Shown: positions 8,594 through 19,249 of the stretch, one piece after another
Position numbering within the stretch: the stretch's first letter is position 1
Layout of the letters: every line of letters begins with the position of its first letter
Assembly: GCA_041640655.1 (NCBI GenBank)
Contig: JBEPZV010000015.1
Coordinates: 1 to 53,949, forward strand
Source: a bacterium
Lineage (GTDB): Bacteria > Acidobacteriota > Blastocatellia > HR10
Length of the DNA stretch: 53,949 nucleotides
Direction of reading: 5' to 3'
Notes under the pieces: model-generated
Seen by the model: the letters and a program-made list of their open reading frames with translations, nothing else
Databases searched by the model: none
Told to the model about the DNA's origin: nothing
Position numbers and translations under genes: made by a program

Positions 8594-10212
8594 GCTTCTC
8601 ACGATTGAATGCATCGGCCGCGACGCTCACGAAGAATCGGACGGAGGGAGCTATCGTCTCTCTGAGCGGGATGTGTGCGACGTGCCTGGACGGATGCATC
8701 GGGATGTGCGAGATCGGGAAATCGGCCTATCGCGGGGCCGAGGTCATCTACCCACAGCCGTTCGGGATCATCACGGCGGCATCGGAGAAGCGGTATCCGG
8801 TGGATCTGTCACACTTCACGATCCTGGGAACGGTCGTGGGCGCGTGGGGCGTGCCGCCAGACCCAGATGTCGCGATCTTCCCGGCGGTCTCGCTCGAACG
8901 GCGCATCGGTCGAGATAAAGGGATCAAGGTCAAGCTGCCGATCCTCATTCCCGGATTGGGCTCCACGGCCATCGCGAAGAACAACTGGGAGGGGCTGGCT
9001 ATTGGGGCGGCCATCGCGGGCATCCCCCTCACCATCGGAGAGAACGTCTGCGGGATGGACGAGGAGGCCGAATTCAAAAATGGGCGCGTCGTGCGCTCCC
9101 CGGAGATGATCCGTCGGGTGAAGCTCTACAAGGAATGGCAACAGGACGGATACGGGGCGATCATCGTGCAGGCGAACGTGGAGGACACGCGGCTAGGTGT
9201 TCATGAGTACGTCATCTCGGAACTGGGGGTGGAAGCCGTCGAGTTGAAGTGGGGCCAAGGGGCGAAGGACATCGGCGGGGAGGTGAAGATCAAGGACCTC
9301 GGGAAGGCGCAACTGCTGAAGCGTCGGGGCTACATCGTGCTGCCGGATCCGGAGGATCCCGAGGTCATCGAGGCCTTCCGGCGGGGCTCGTTCCACGAGT
9401 TCGAGCGCCACTCGCGCATCGGCATGGTGGATGAGGAGAGCTTCCTCCGGCGCGTCGAGGAGCTGCGGCGCGCCGGAGCGAAGTACGTCTTCCTGAAGAC
9501 GGGCGCCTATCGGCCCGCCGATTTGGCGCGCGCGCTGAAGTTCGCCTCGCTCGCAGGGATTGATCTGCTCACCGTGGACGCGGCCGGAGGTGGCACGGGC
9601 ATGAGCCCCTGGCGCATGATGAACGAGTGGGGGATTCCACCCGTCGAGCTGCATTCGTTGCTCTATCGGTATGCCGACCATCTGGCCCAGCGCGGCGAGT
9701 ACGTGCCCGACATCGCCATCGCCGGCGGTTTCGCCTTCGAGGATCAGATCTTCAAGGGCCTGGCCCTTGGCGCGCCCTACTTCAAACTCATCGGCATGGC
9801 GCGCGCGCCCCTGGCTGCCGCGATGGTGGGGAAAACCATCGGGCGCCGAATCGAGGAAGGAGACCTCCCCGTTTACATCGCCCGCTTTGGCGAGACGGTG
9901 GAAGAGATCTTCGTCACGGCGCCAGAACTCAAGCGCCGGTTCGGCGCGGACTTCAGGCGCATCCCTCCAGGAGCCATCGGTCTCTACACGTACCTGCAGC
10001 GTCTGGCTCAAGGCTTGAGACAGCTCATGTGTGGGAGCCGGAAATTCGCTCTGGAGTATATCAGCCGCGATGACATCGCGGCGCTCACCGAAGAGGCGGC
10101 GCGCATCAGCGGCATCCCACACGTCATGGAGGTGGATCGGGCCTTGGCCGAACGCATTCTGGACGGCGTCACGGCCCCTCAGCCGTTCGCCGAACGAGAA
10201 CTCACCCGCTAA
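8590..10212 (+). CDS. FMN-binding glutamate synthase family protein (stand-alone, no amidotransferase domain)
   Basis: ELKWGQGAKDIGGE, VDAAGGGTGMSP, AIAGG and FKGLALGAP motifs; N-terminal CxxCxxxCxxxC. Confidence 0.82.
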   Translation: MSFSRLNASAATLTKNRTEGAIVSLSGMCATCLDGCIGMCEIGKSAYRGAEVIYPQPFGIITAASEKRYPVDLSHFTILGTVVGAWGVPPDPDVAIFPAVSLERRIGRDKGIKVKLPILIPGLGSTAIAKNNWEGLAIGAAIAGIPLTIGENVCGMDEEAEFKNGRVVRSPEMIRRVKLYKEWQQDGYGAIIVQANVEDTRLGVHEYVISELGVEAVELKWGQGAKDIGGEVKIKDLGKAQLLKRRGYIVLPDPEDPEVIEAFRRGSFHEFERHSRIGMVDEESFLRRVEELRRAGAKYVFLKTGAYRPADLARALKFASLAGIDLLTVDAAGGGTGMSPWRMMNEWGIPPVELHSLLYRYADHLAQRGEYVPDIAIAGGFAFEDQIFKGLALGAPYFKLIGMARAPLAAAMVGKTIGRRIEEGDLPVYIARFGETVEEIFVTAPELKRRFGADFRRIPPGAIGLYTYLQRLAQGLRQLMCGSRKFALEYISRDDIAALTEEAARISGIPHVMEVDRALAERILDGVTAPQPFAERELTR

Positions 10213-10224
10213 GGAGCAGAAGAG

Positions 10225-12513
<2,289 letters not shown>

Positions 12514-12632
12514 CGCGCGCTCATTGCCCCACCGAGAGCCCCTGATTACAATTACGCGCTCTGATGAAGCGGGTGTGGGCGCGCCTGAAGTGCCTCGCGC
12601 GTCCACCGCCCCAATTCGCGGAGAGACGAACT

Positions 12633-13076
12633 ATGCGAACGATGCGCTCTTGGGCCGTGTTCGGTGGAGGGATGTTCCTCATCGCCCTGGTGACGTGGGC
12701 CATCTCCATTCGGGATGAGACCGCGACATCGCTTGCTCAGCGAACCCGGGGGACGCCGCCGGGACTTGCGCGCGTCAAGCTCAGCGGGAAATGGGGGTAC
12801 ATTGATCGCTCCGGACGGATCGTGATCAACCCGCAATTTGAGGAGGCGGGCGATTTCTCTGAAGGTCTGGCTCGCGTCAAAATGGGGGGGAAATGGGGAT
12901 ACATTGATCGGACCGGGCGCTTCCTCATCAACCCTCAGTTCGAGGAAGCCGGGGATTTCTCCCAGGGTCTGGCCCGGGTGAAGCTTGGCGGGAAATGGGG
13001 ATACGTGGATCGCAGGGGCGAGGTCGTCATCTCTCCCCAATTCAGCGAGGCGAGTGACTTCTCTCGTTCTCTGTGA
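12633..13076 (+). CDS. Membrane-anchored or secreted WG-repeat (KWG) protein
   Basis: N-terminal hydrophobic helix followed by three GLARVK.GKWGYIDR.G...INPQF..A.DFS repeats; RBS GGAG before ATG 12633. Confidence 0.8.
   Translation: MRTMRSWAVFGGGMFLIALVTWAISIRDETATSLAQRTRGTPPGLARVKLSGKWGYIDRSGRIVINPQFEEAGDFSEGLARVKMGGKWGYIDRTGRFLINPQFEEAGDFSQGLARVKLGGKWGYVDRRGEVVISPQFSEASDFSRSL
12762..13066 (+). repeat. Three tandem 102-bp coding repeats (WG repeats)
   Basis: AAATGGGG (KWG) recurs at 12789, 12891 and 12993. Confidence 0.85.
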
Positions 13077-13165
13077 AGAGCGACGCGCGAGAAGGCGAAA
13101 GCTCCTCCTCAAGCGACCGCCTTCATCCGGAACTGACCCTGACCTCTGTGGCAGAACCACGCGCC

Positions 13166-13219
13166 TGGGCGAAAAGGCGGCACGAGAGCGATTTCCCCCA
13201 CACTGGGGGATATCCCCCA
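13166..13219. promoter_or_regulatory. Three tandem putative UAS sites with 19-bp period
   Basis: TGGGCGAAAAGGCGGC (13166), AGAGCGATTTCCCCCA (13185) and the perfect palindrome TGGGGGATATCCCCCA (13204). Confidence 0.6.
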
Positions 13220-13307
13220 ACGCCCCGAGAGAGGAGCGCCCTCCCCTTTTGGCCTTTATCCCGCGATGCTCAATGAGTTAGCGAAGCATTGAGGGGAAAA
13301 GCGGCGA

Positions 13308-13323
13308 TGGTATAATCCTTGCA
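13308..13323 (+). promoter_or_regulatory. Sigma-54 promoter with no clear sense gene, facing the 3' end of the kinase gene
   Basis: TGGTATA-ATCC-TTGCA with correct GG-N10-GC spacing, about 90 bp after the UAS triplet. It also contains TATAAT, so a sigma-70 -10 element is an alternative reading. Confidence 0.55.
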
Positions 13324-13440
13324 GGAGAGGAGGATTTGATCAGGACACGAGCAGCCTCCGCACGATGTGGCGGTAGGAGAAGGGGGGCGATGGAGTGGCC
13401 AGAGATGTCGTCCGCAATGGGGGGTGGGCGAGGAGACACC

Positions 13441-15249
13441 TTATGCTTCCTGCCGATGCCAGGTGGGCAGCGAAGATGCGTCCACGGTCTGATCCGAATC
13501 CGGCGAAGAGTCGGAAGCGGAGAGCACGACCAGATGCGAGATGCGATGTACAGGCGGCGCCTGCAGAGGCAGCGTGACGGTGAAGGTGCTACCCTTTCCG
13601 ACCTCACTGGTGACGGTGATCGTGCCTCCGTATCCAGTGACGATCCGCTGGCATGTCGCCAGCCCCAGACCCGTTCCTCGTTTCTTCGTCGTGAAGAAGG
13701 GGCGAAAGATCTTATCCAAGTTCTCCGGAGGGATGCCCTCACCGTTGTCGGTGACCGAGAGTTTGATCGCCCGCTCCTGTGGATCGTAACTCGTTCGGAC
13801 GAGGATATGCCCGTCCTCGCGCACCGCCTGAATCGCATTGAGCAGAAGATTGAGGACGACCTTCTGCAACTCGTCCGGATCGGCGATGAGGGACGGCAGC
13901 TCGGGAGCCGGTTGGAACTCCAACGTGATATGATGATTATTCGCGAGCTGAACGCGGGTGGCCGAGACGACATGCTCGACCAGGCGATTCAGATCGGTCC
14001 GGACATGAGCGGGCGGGCGCGGGCGCGCGTAATCGAGCAGATCCGTGATGATGCGATTGATGCGTTGGACCTCTTCCAGGACGTGGCGCAGAACCGAGCG
14101 ATGCGGGTTCTCTTCAGGGAGGTCCTCGAGAATGATCTCCAACGCCCCTTTCATCCCGGCCAGCGGGTTCTTCACCTCATGCGCGAGACCGGCGGCCATT
14201 TCTCCGATCAAGGCGAGCTGTTCAGCCCGCGCCATGCGGCGTTCCAGAAGGACCTGCTCCGTGATGTCGGAGACGACGTGCACAGTCCCATAAACCCGTC
14301 CCTCTTCATCCAGGAGGGGGTCAACGGTAACGCGCAAGATTTGGCCGTTGGGGCGCTCGATGACTTCCGTGACCTGGCAGGGCACATCAGAGGTCGCCCG
14401 CAGATCGGCGCAGTTGGGCAAGGGGGTGTCTCGGCCCAGCATGACCATGCAACAGTGATTCTGCAGGAGCTGCTCGCGGGGCACCCCGAGCAAGCGGCCG
14501 AGCGCCTCATTGGCCTGAATCACGCGCAAGTCGCGCGTGTGAACGGAGATGCCGTCCCGAATGGCATTGAAGGTGCTCTCCCACAGCTTCCGCACGCGCA
14601 GATTCTCCTCGAAGAGGCGCGCATTCTCGATGGCGATGCCCAGTTGATGCCCGATGGCTTCCAGCAGATCCACATCGTCGGTGATCTCGCGATCGGGATC
14701 GTAGGTGGCCGTCACGAGCACACCGATCGTCCGCGCGTGGGCGATCAGGGGGACACAGGCCATGGCATGAAGGCCCAACTGGCGCACGATCGGGCGCGTG
14801 ATGCGCGGATCGGTGGCCGCATCCCGCAGCACCAGAGGTGCGCCGCTGGCGAAGACGCGCCCGGCCACCCCCTCACCGGGCTTGAGCCGATCCACGCCCT
14901 GGACGTACTCGGACGAGACCCCTTGAGCCGCACGCACGCGCAGTTCCCCCGCCTCTGCGTCGAAGAGCATGATCAACGCCATATCGGTCGAGAGCACCTC
15001 GGTGATCGTCCGCAACACTTCCTGCAGCAGCGGATCCAGCTCCCGCGCGCGACTGAGAGCGGCGGCCAGGGAGCTGAGGGCCGTCAACTTCCGCAACGTA
15101 CGCTGAACGTCCTCAGGACATCCCAGGCGATCGGAGGAACCTCGCACGGCTTCGCGTCGGTCCTCGACCGATGGAGGAGAAGTCCCACGAGGGGAGACGC
15201 CTTGCCGCCTTCTGGCCTTCTTCACCACCATAGCCCGCGAGGTCGTCAC
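13441..15249 (-). CDS. Cytoplasmic sensor histidine kinase (GAF-PAS-HisKA-HATPase_c); start uncertain
   Basis: AAGLAHEVKNPL H-box, NLLLNAIQA N-box, DNGEGI, FFTTK and GTGLGL motifs; N-terminal GAF and a PAS with CC...C residues; no TM segment seen. Confidence 0.9.
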   Translation of the reverse strand: MTTSRAMVVKKARRRQGVSPRGTSPPSVEDRREAVRGSSDRLGCPEDVQRTLRKLTALSSLAAALSRARELDPLLQEVLRTITEVLSTDMALIMLFDAEAGELRVRAAQGVSSEYVQGVDRLKPGEGVAGRVFASGAPLVLRDAATDPRITRPIVRQLGLHAMACVPLIAHARTIGVLVTATYDPDREITDDVDLLEAIGHQLGIAIENARLFEENLRVRKLWESTFNAIRDGISVHTRDLRVIQANEALGRLLGVPREQLLQNHCCMVMLGRDTPLPNCADLRATSDVPCQVTEVIERPNGQILRVTVDPLLDEEGRVYGTVHVVSDITEQVLLERRMARAEQLALIGEMAAGLAHEVKNPLAGMKGALEIILEDLPEENPHRSVLRHVLEEVQRINRIITDLLDYARPRPPAHVRTDLNRLVEHVVSATRVQLANNHHITLEFQPAPELPSLIADPDELQKVVLNLLLNAIQAVREDGHILVRTSYDPQERAIKLSVTDNGEGIPPENLDKIFRPFFTTKKRGTGLGLATCQRIVTGYGGTITVTSEVGKGSTFTVTLPLQAPPVHRISHLVVLSASDSSPDSDQTVDASSLPTWHRQEA

Positions 15250-15380
15250 AATAGTAGCGCGCCGAGAGAGACCGAGTCAAGATGCTCGGACAAGCGATGC
15301 TTCCGGGGGAAGCTGCGGGGAAATGACCGCGCAATCGTCCGGCTCCCGAGGGGCACGGACTTCTGCAGGAGGAGGAGATC

Positions 15381-16808
15381 ATGGCCAAGTCGAAGATTCT
15401 CATCGTAGATGACGAGGACCTGCTCCGATGGTCGCTTCGCACAAAGCTCGAGCAATGGGGGTATGAGACGCTCGAAGCTGAGACGGCGAAGCACGCCCTT
15501 CGGCTCTTCACCGAAGAGGCTCCGGATCTGGTCCTCCTGGACATCAAGCTCCCGGATGGCTCCGGCATTGATGTCCTGCAGCGGATAAAAGGACAGGATC
15601 CGAACACTCAGGTCATCATCATCACGGCCAACACGACGGTGGACAACGCTATCGCGGCCCTGCGGCTCGGAGCCTTCGACTTCATCTGCAAGCCGATCAA
15701 CTATGGCGAACTGGAGGCGGCCGTTCGAAACGCCCTGGAGACCAGTCGCCTGCGCGATACGCTGCGGCGCGTCCAAGCTTTCCCCAAGAAACGTTTCAGC
15801 TTCGACATGATCGTGGGCGAATCGCCCCAGATGAAGGAGCTGCTGGCCATCGTCAAGCGCGTGGCCGAGAGCGAGGCCTCCTGCGTCGTCCTGCAAGGGG
15901 AATCGGGCGTGGGCAAGGACCTGATCGCGAAGGCGATCCACTACCAGAGTCGCCGCGCCGATTTCCCCTTCGTGGCCGTCAACTGCGCCGCCATCCCGGA
16001 GACGCTCATGGAGACCGAACTTTTCGGCCATGAGAAGGGCGCCTTCACCGACGCGCGAGCGCAGAAGAAGGGCGTCTTCGAACTGGCCGACGGGGGGACG
16101 ATCTTGCTCGATGAGATCGGCGAGCTCCCGCTCGGACTGCAAGCGAAACTGCTGCGCGTGATCGAGGAGCAACAGTTCCGACGCGTCGGCGGTGTGCGCA
16201 ATATCAGCGTGGATGTGCGCGTCATCGCCAGCTCCAATCGGAACCTCGAAGAGGAGGTCAAAGAGGGGCGCTTCCGCGCCGACCTCTTCTATCGGCTGAG
16301 CGTCGTGCAGATCACCATCCCGCCCTTGCGCGAGCGAAAAGAAGACATCTTGCTCATCGCCGAGCACTTCATCAAGAGCTTCAATGTGAAGATGAAGAAG
16401 AACATCCTCGGCCTGGCTCCGGAGACCAAACGCCTTTTCCTCGAGTACCACTGGCCGGGCAACGTCCGCGAATTGAAGAATACGATCGAGCACGCCATGA
16501 TCTTCGAGGACTCGCCGTATCTCACGCCGAGGTATCTGCACGAGCGCATCCTTCGTCCCTCCGCCCAACCGCTCAGCCTCATGCGCCGGCCGGAGAATCC
16601 CTCGGCGCTTCTGGCCCAGCTCGTGGGCAAGCTCACGCTGGAAGAAGTCGAACGCGACATGATTCGACTGGCGCTGGAGGCGGCGAATTGGAATCGAACG
16701 CGCGCCGCGGACCTGCTCGGCATCTCGCGCGATGCCATCCGGTACAAGATCAAGAAGTACAAGCTCGCCCGACCTCCCCTCCTGCCCGGCGAGGTCCAGA
16801 CTGCTTGA
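15381..16808 (+). CDS. NtrC/AtoC-family sigma-54-dependent response regulator
   Basis: Receiver domain (IVDDE, LLDIKLPD), GESGVGKD, ELFGHEKGAFTDA, LLDEIGE, WPGNVREL and a C-terminal Fis-type HTH. Confidence 0.95.
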   Translation: MAKSKILIVDDEDLLRWSLRTKLEQWGYETLEAETAKHALRLFTEEAPDLVLLDIKLPDGSGIDVLQRIKGQDPNTQVIIITANTTVDNAIAALRLGAFDFICKPINYGELEAAVRNALETSRLRDTLRRVQAFPKKRFSFDMIVGESPQMKELLAIVKRVAESEASCVVLQGESGVGKDLIAKAIHYQSRRADFPFVAVNCAAIPETLMETELFGHEKGAFTDARAQKKGVFELADGGTILLDEIGELPLGLQAKLLRVIEEQQFRRVGGVRNISVDVRVIASSNRNLEEEVKEGRFRADLFYRLSVVQITIPPLRERKEDILLIAEHFIKSFNVKMKKNILGLAPETKRLFLEYHWPGNVRELKNTIEHAMIFEDSPYLTPRYLHERILRPSAQPLSLMRRPENPSALLAQLVGKLTLEEVERDMIRLALEAANWNRTRAADLLGISRDAIRYKIKKYKLARPPLLPGEVQTA

Positions 16809-16874
16809 ACATCGCTTCGCCGACCTCACAAGAGACGGTCCTCGCGCGGCGATTCCGCATCAACGGTCGCTTCC

Positions 16875-16903
16875 TTGACAAACGCCGAGATGCCCTTTAA
16901 TAT
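16875..16903 (+). promoter_or_regulatory. Sigma-70 promoter of the tRNA-Val/tRNA-Asp pair
   Basis: TTGACA-17 bp-TAATAT. Confidence 0.7.
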
Positions 16904-16920
16904 CTCCCCTCTGGATCAGC

Positions 16921-16995
16921 GGGCGGTTAGCTCAGTGGCAGAGCACCTGCCTTACAAGCAGGGGGTCACTGGTTCGAGTCCGGTACCGCCCACCA
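16921..16995 (+). tRNA. tRNA-Val (TAC)
   Basis: GGGCGGT/ACCGCCC acceptor, CCTGC-CTTACAA-GCAGG anticodon arm, GTTCGAG T-loop, ACCA end. Confidence 0.96.
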
Positions 16996-17055
16996 TGCGA
17001 GACCGGAGGAGAGGCAGACCCCCGGGTTCGCTGCTGATGATCTTTGAGAACGCGC

Positions 17056-17134
<79 letters not shown>

Positions 17135-17181
17135 TCCCGATTCCCCCCCACTCGATGCTCCGCCACTCTCGCCGAACGCAG

Positions 17182-17216
17182 TCTGCCCTTTCGCCCACAC
17201 TGGGTGTTTTGCCTCG
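17182..17216. promoter_or_regulatory. Two putative UAS sites 19 bp apart
   Basis: TCTGCCCTTTCGCCCA-cac-TGGGTGTTTTGCCTCG; the core TTTCgCCCACACTGGGtG nearly matches 13192-13209. Confidence 0.5.
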
Positions 17217-17331
17217 TCGCGCGCATCGCCGCGTTCCCCTTATCCGCCGAAGACTCTCGAACCGGTATCTCCTTCAAGGGCAACGACGAACCACGAGGAT
17301 GGAGCCTTCACCGAGTGCATGCGCGCTCCCG

Positions 17332-17347
17332 CGGCACGCGATTTGCA
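17332..17347 (+). promoter_or_regulatory. Sigma-54 promoter for the small ORF and resB-like gene
   Basis: CGGCACG-CGAT-TTGCA. Confidence 0.75.
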
Positions 17348-17385
17348 CAAACACCACGCGAGCACATCGGGCGCGGAGGAGAACG

Positions 17386-17640
17386 ATGGCGACGCGAACC
17401 GGCATCGGCGCTGCGATCGAGAGCCTTCGGACGTGGCTCGCGGAGATCGCCGAAGAGCAATTCCGGCGTCATCGCCGATGGCTGCGCGAATTGGCGCCCG
17501 AGCAGGAATGGGCGATTCGCACGCAGCTGCTCCCGTCGGTAGTGGACCAACTCGTGCTCGCATGTGTGCGAGAGGGACTCTGGCGCGAGATCTCCCGTGA
17601 CGCGAAGGCCCAGTCCCTCTTCAAGAAGGCGAGCCGATGA
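17386..17640 (+). CDS. Small helical protein (84 aa) resembling a glutamyl-tRNA reductase dimerisation domain
   Basis: RBS GGAGGAG; IESLRTWLAEIAEEQFRR...L..EQEWAI....SVVDQLV recalls the HemA C-terminal pattern (judged by eye). Confidence 0.55.
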   Translation: MATRTGIGAAIESLRTWLAEIAEEQFRRHRRWLRELAPEQEWAIRTQLLPSVVDQLVLACVREGLWREISRDAKAQSLFKKASR

Positions 17641-17689
17641 GCGGACGCTGCTGTGAGGCCTTCGACATCGTGGGATTGGAGCGCTCACG

Positions 17690-19249
17690 ATGAACGAACG
17701 GACGAAGGAGACCATCGAGCCGGAGCAAGTGCTCCCGTCGGAGGCTCAGGCGACAGAGCGCCCCGGCTCGATCCTCGGAGCCGTAGATCGAATCCTCCGA
17801 TGGTTGAGCTCGCTGCAGGTGGGGATCGCCCTCATGTTGATCCTCACCGCCGCAGCGATCGTGGGGACGCTCATCCCGCAGCACACCATGGAGGACTTCG
17901 AGCGCTTCTACGCGCAGCTGACTCCGGCCGAGCGCGCGCTCTATGGCCATCTGGGATTGTTCGACGTGTACCACTCGTGGTGGTTCACGACGGCGGTCAT
18001 GCTCTTGGCCTTGAACCTCGTGCTGTGCTCAATTGATCGTCTTCCCGCGACCCTTCAGTACGTCCGCCATCCCAAGGTCTCCGCCACGCCCGAGTTCGTG
18101 CGTGCTCAACCGTTCTATGCCGTGCTCCGCACGACTCGAAGCGCGGCGGAAGTCCTCGAGCATCTTCACCAGCTCTTCGCGCAGTATGGATGGCGACCCC
18201 GCCCGACCACCACTCCCTCTGTCGCGACCGTCTTCGGTGAACGTGGGGCATGGAGCCGATGGAATTTCTTCCTCGTGCACACTTCGATCCTCGTGATTCT
18301 GGGTGCGGCTTTCGTGAGCACGCGATGGGGGTACGAAGGAACGATGGTGCTCTCTCCAGGAGCACACGCCACGGCGCTGACGTTGCCGGGATCGCGGTGG
18401 CGCGGTCTCCCCGAACGTGCTCTCCCGCTCCCCTTCACCGTTCGATGCGAAGCCTTGCGCGTAGAATTGAAGAACCCGCGCGGCCCGCTCATCCCGCAGA
18501 ATGTGATCAACTGGTATACGGACATCGTCATCGAGGAGGGCGCGATCCGACAACGGGCGAGCATCGCCGTGAACAAACCTTTCGACTACCGCGGGTATCG
18601 CTTCTTCCAATCGGGGACGGGGCGTCCGGGCGATGCCAGCCGCATCACGCTCGCGATTCGCGCCGAGAACGGGCCGGAGCGCCTGATCTCCCTCGCGAAG
18701 AATCAGACGGTGAGAGTGCCGGGACTCGGCCAAATCCGCTTCGTTCGATTCACCGGCGATTTTCGAGCCGCGGGATCGCCCGGCTCCAGGTCCAATGGCT
18801 ATGAGAACCCAGCGGCCGAGCTGGAGATCATCACCGCATCGGGAGAGACGCATACCCTCTGGGTCTTCGCTGAGCGAGTCACCGAGCGGCTCCGGACGGG
18901 AGAGTCGCGTATCGCGTCGCCGGAGCCGGATATCTCAGGATACCGATTCGTCCTGAAGGATTTCGACAAGGTGAGCTTCGAGCACATCCTGCAGGTGCAG
19001 TATGATCCCGGAGTCACCGCCCTCTACGCGGGATTCATGCTACTGACGCTGTCGCTTCTGCTCGTCTTCTTCTCCTCCCATGAACGGGTTTGGGCCGTTC
19101 TGGAGCCGGAGGGCTCACGCCTCCTTGTTCACATGGGCGCGCATGCGAGCCGCAATGAGGATCGCTTGAGGGGGCGGTTTCAAGCGTTCGTGCGCGACGC
19201 ACAAGGAACGATCGCTGAGGGGACGCGCGATCCGTCGCCGACTCAATAG
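17690..19249 (+). CDS. resB: Cytochrome c biogenesis protein, ResB/Ccs1 family
   Basis: GTLIPQ, LGLFDVYHSWWF, NLVLCS, VHTSILVIL, VNKPFDYRGYRFFQS and QYDPG...FF.SHERVW motifs. Confidence 0.88.
   Translation: MNERTKETIEPEQVLPSEAQATERPGSILGAVDRILRWLSSLQVGIALMLILTAAAIVGTLIPQHTMEDFERFYAQLTPAERALYGHLGLFDVYHSWWFTTAVMLLALNLVLCSIDRLPATLQYVRHPKVSATPEFVRAQPFYAVLRTTRSAAEVLEHLHQLFAQYGWRPRPTTTPSVATVFGERGAWSRWNFFLVHTSILVILGAAFVSTRWGYEGTMVLSPGAHATALTLPGSRWRGLPERALPLPFTVRCEALRVELKNPRGPLIPQNVINWYTDIVIEEGAIRQRASIAVNKPFDYRGYRFFQSGTGRPGDASRITLAIRAENGPERLISLAKNQTVRVPGLGQIRFVRFTGDFRAAGSPGSRSNGYENPAAELEIITASGETHTLWVFAERVTERLRTGESRIASPEPDISGYRFVLKDFDKVSFEHILQVQYDPGVTALYAGFMLLTLSLLLVFFSSHERVWAVLEPEGSRLLVHMGAHASRNEDRLRGRFQAFVRDAQGTIAEGTRDPSPTQ

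Noticed and set aside
12762..13066. Direct repeats as a CRISPR array
   Set aside because: Contiguous, degenerate, in-frame 102-bp coding repeats with no spacers and no cas genes
15351..15367. GGGCACGGACTTCTGCA as a sigma-54 promoter for the activator gene
   Set aside because: GG-to-GC spacing is 11 bp, not the strict 10 bp
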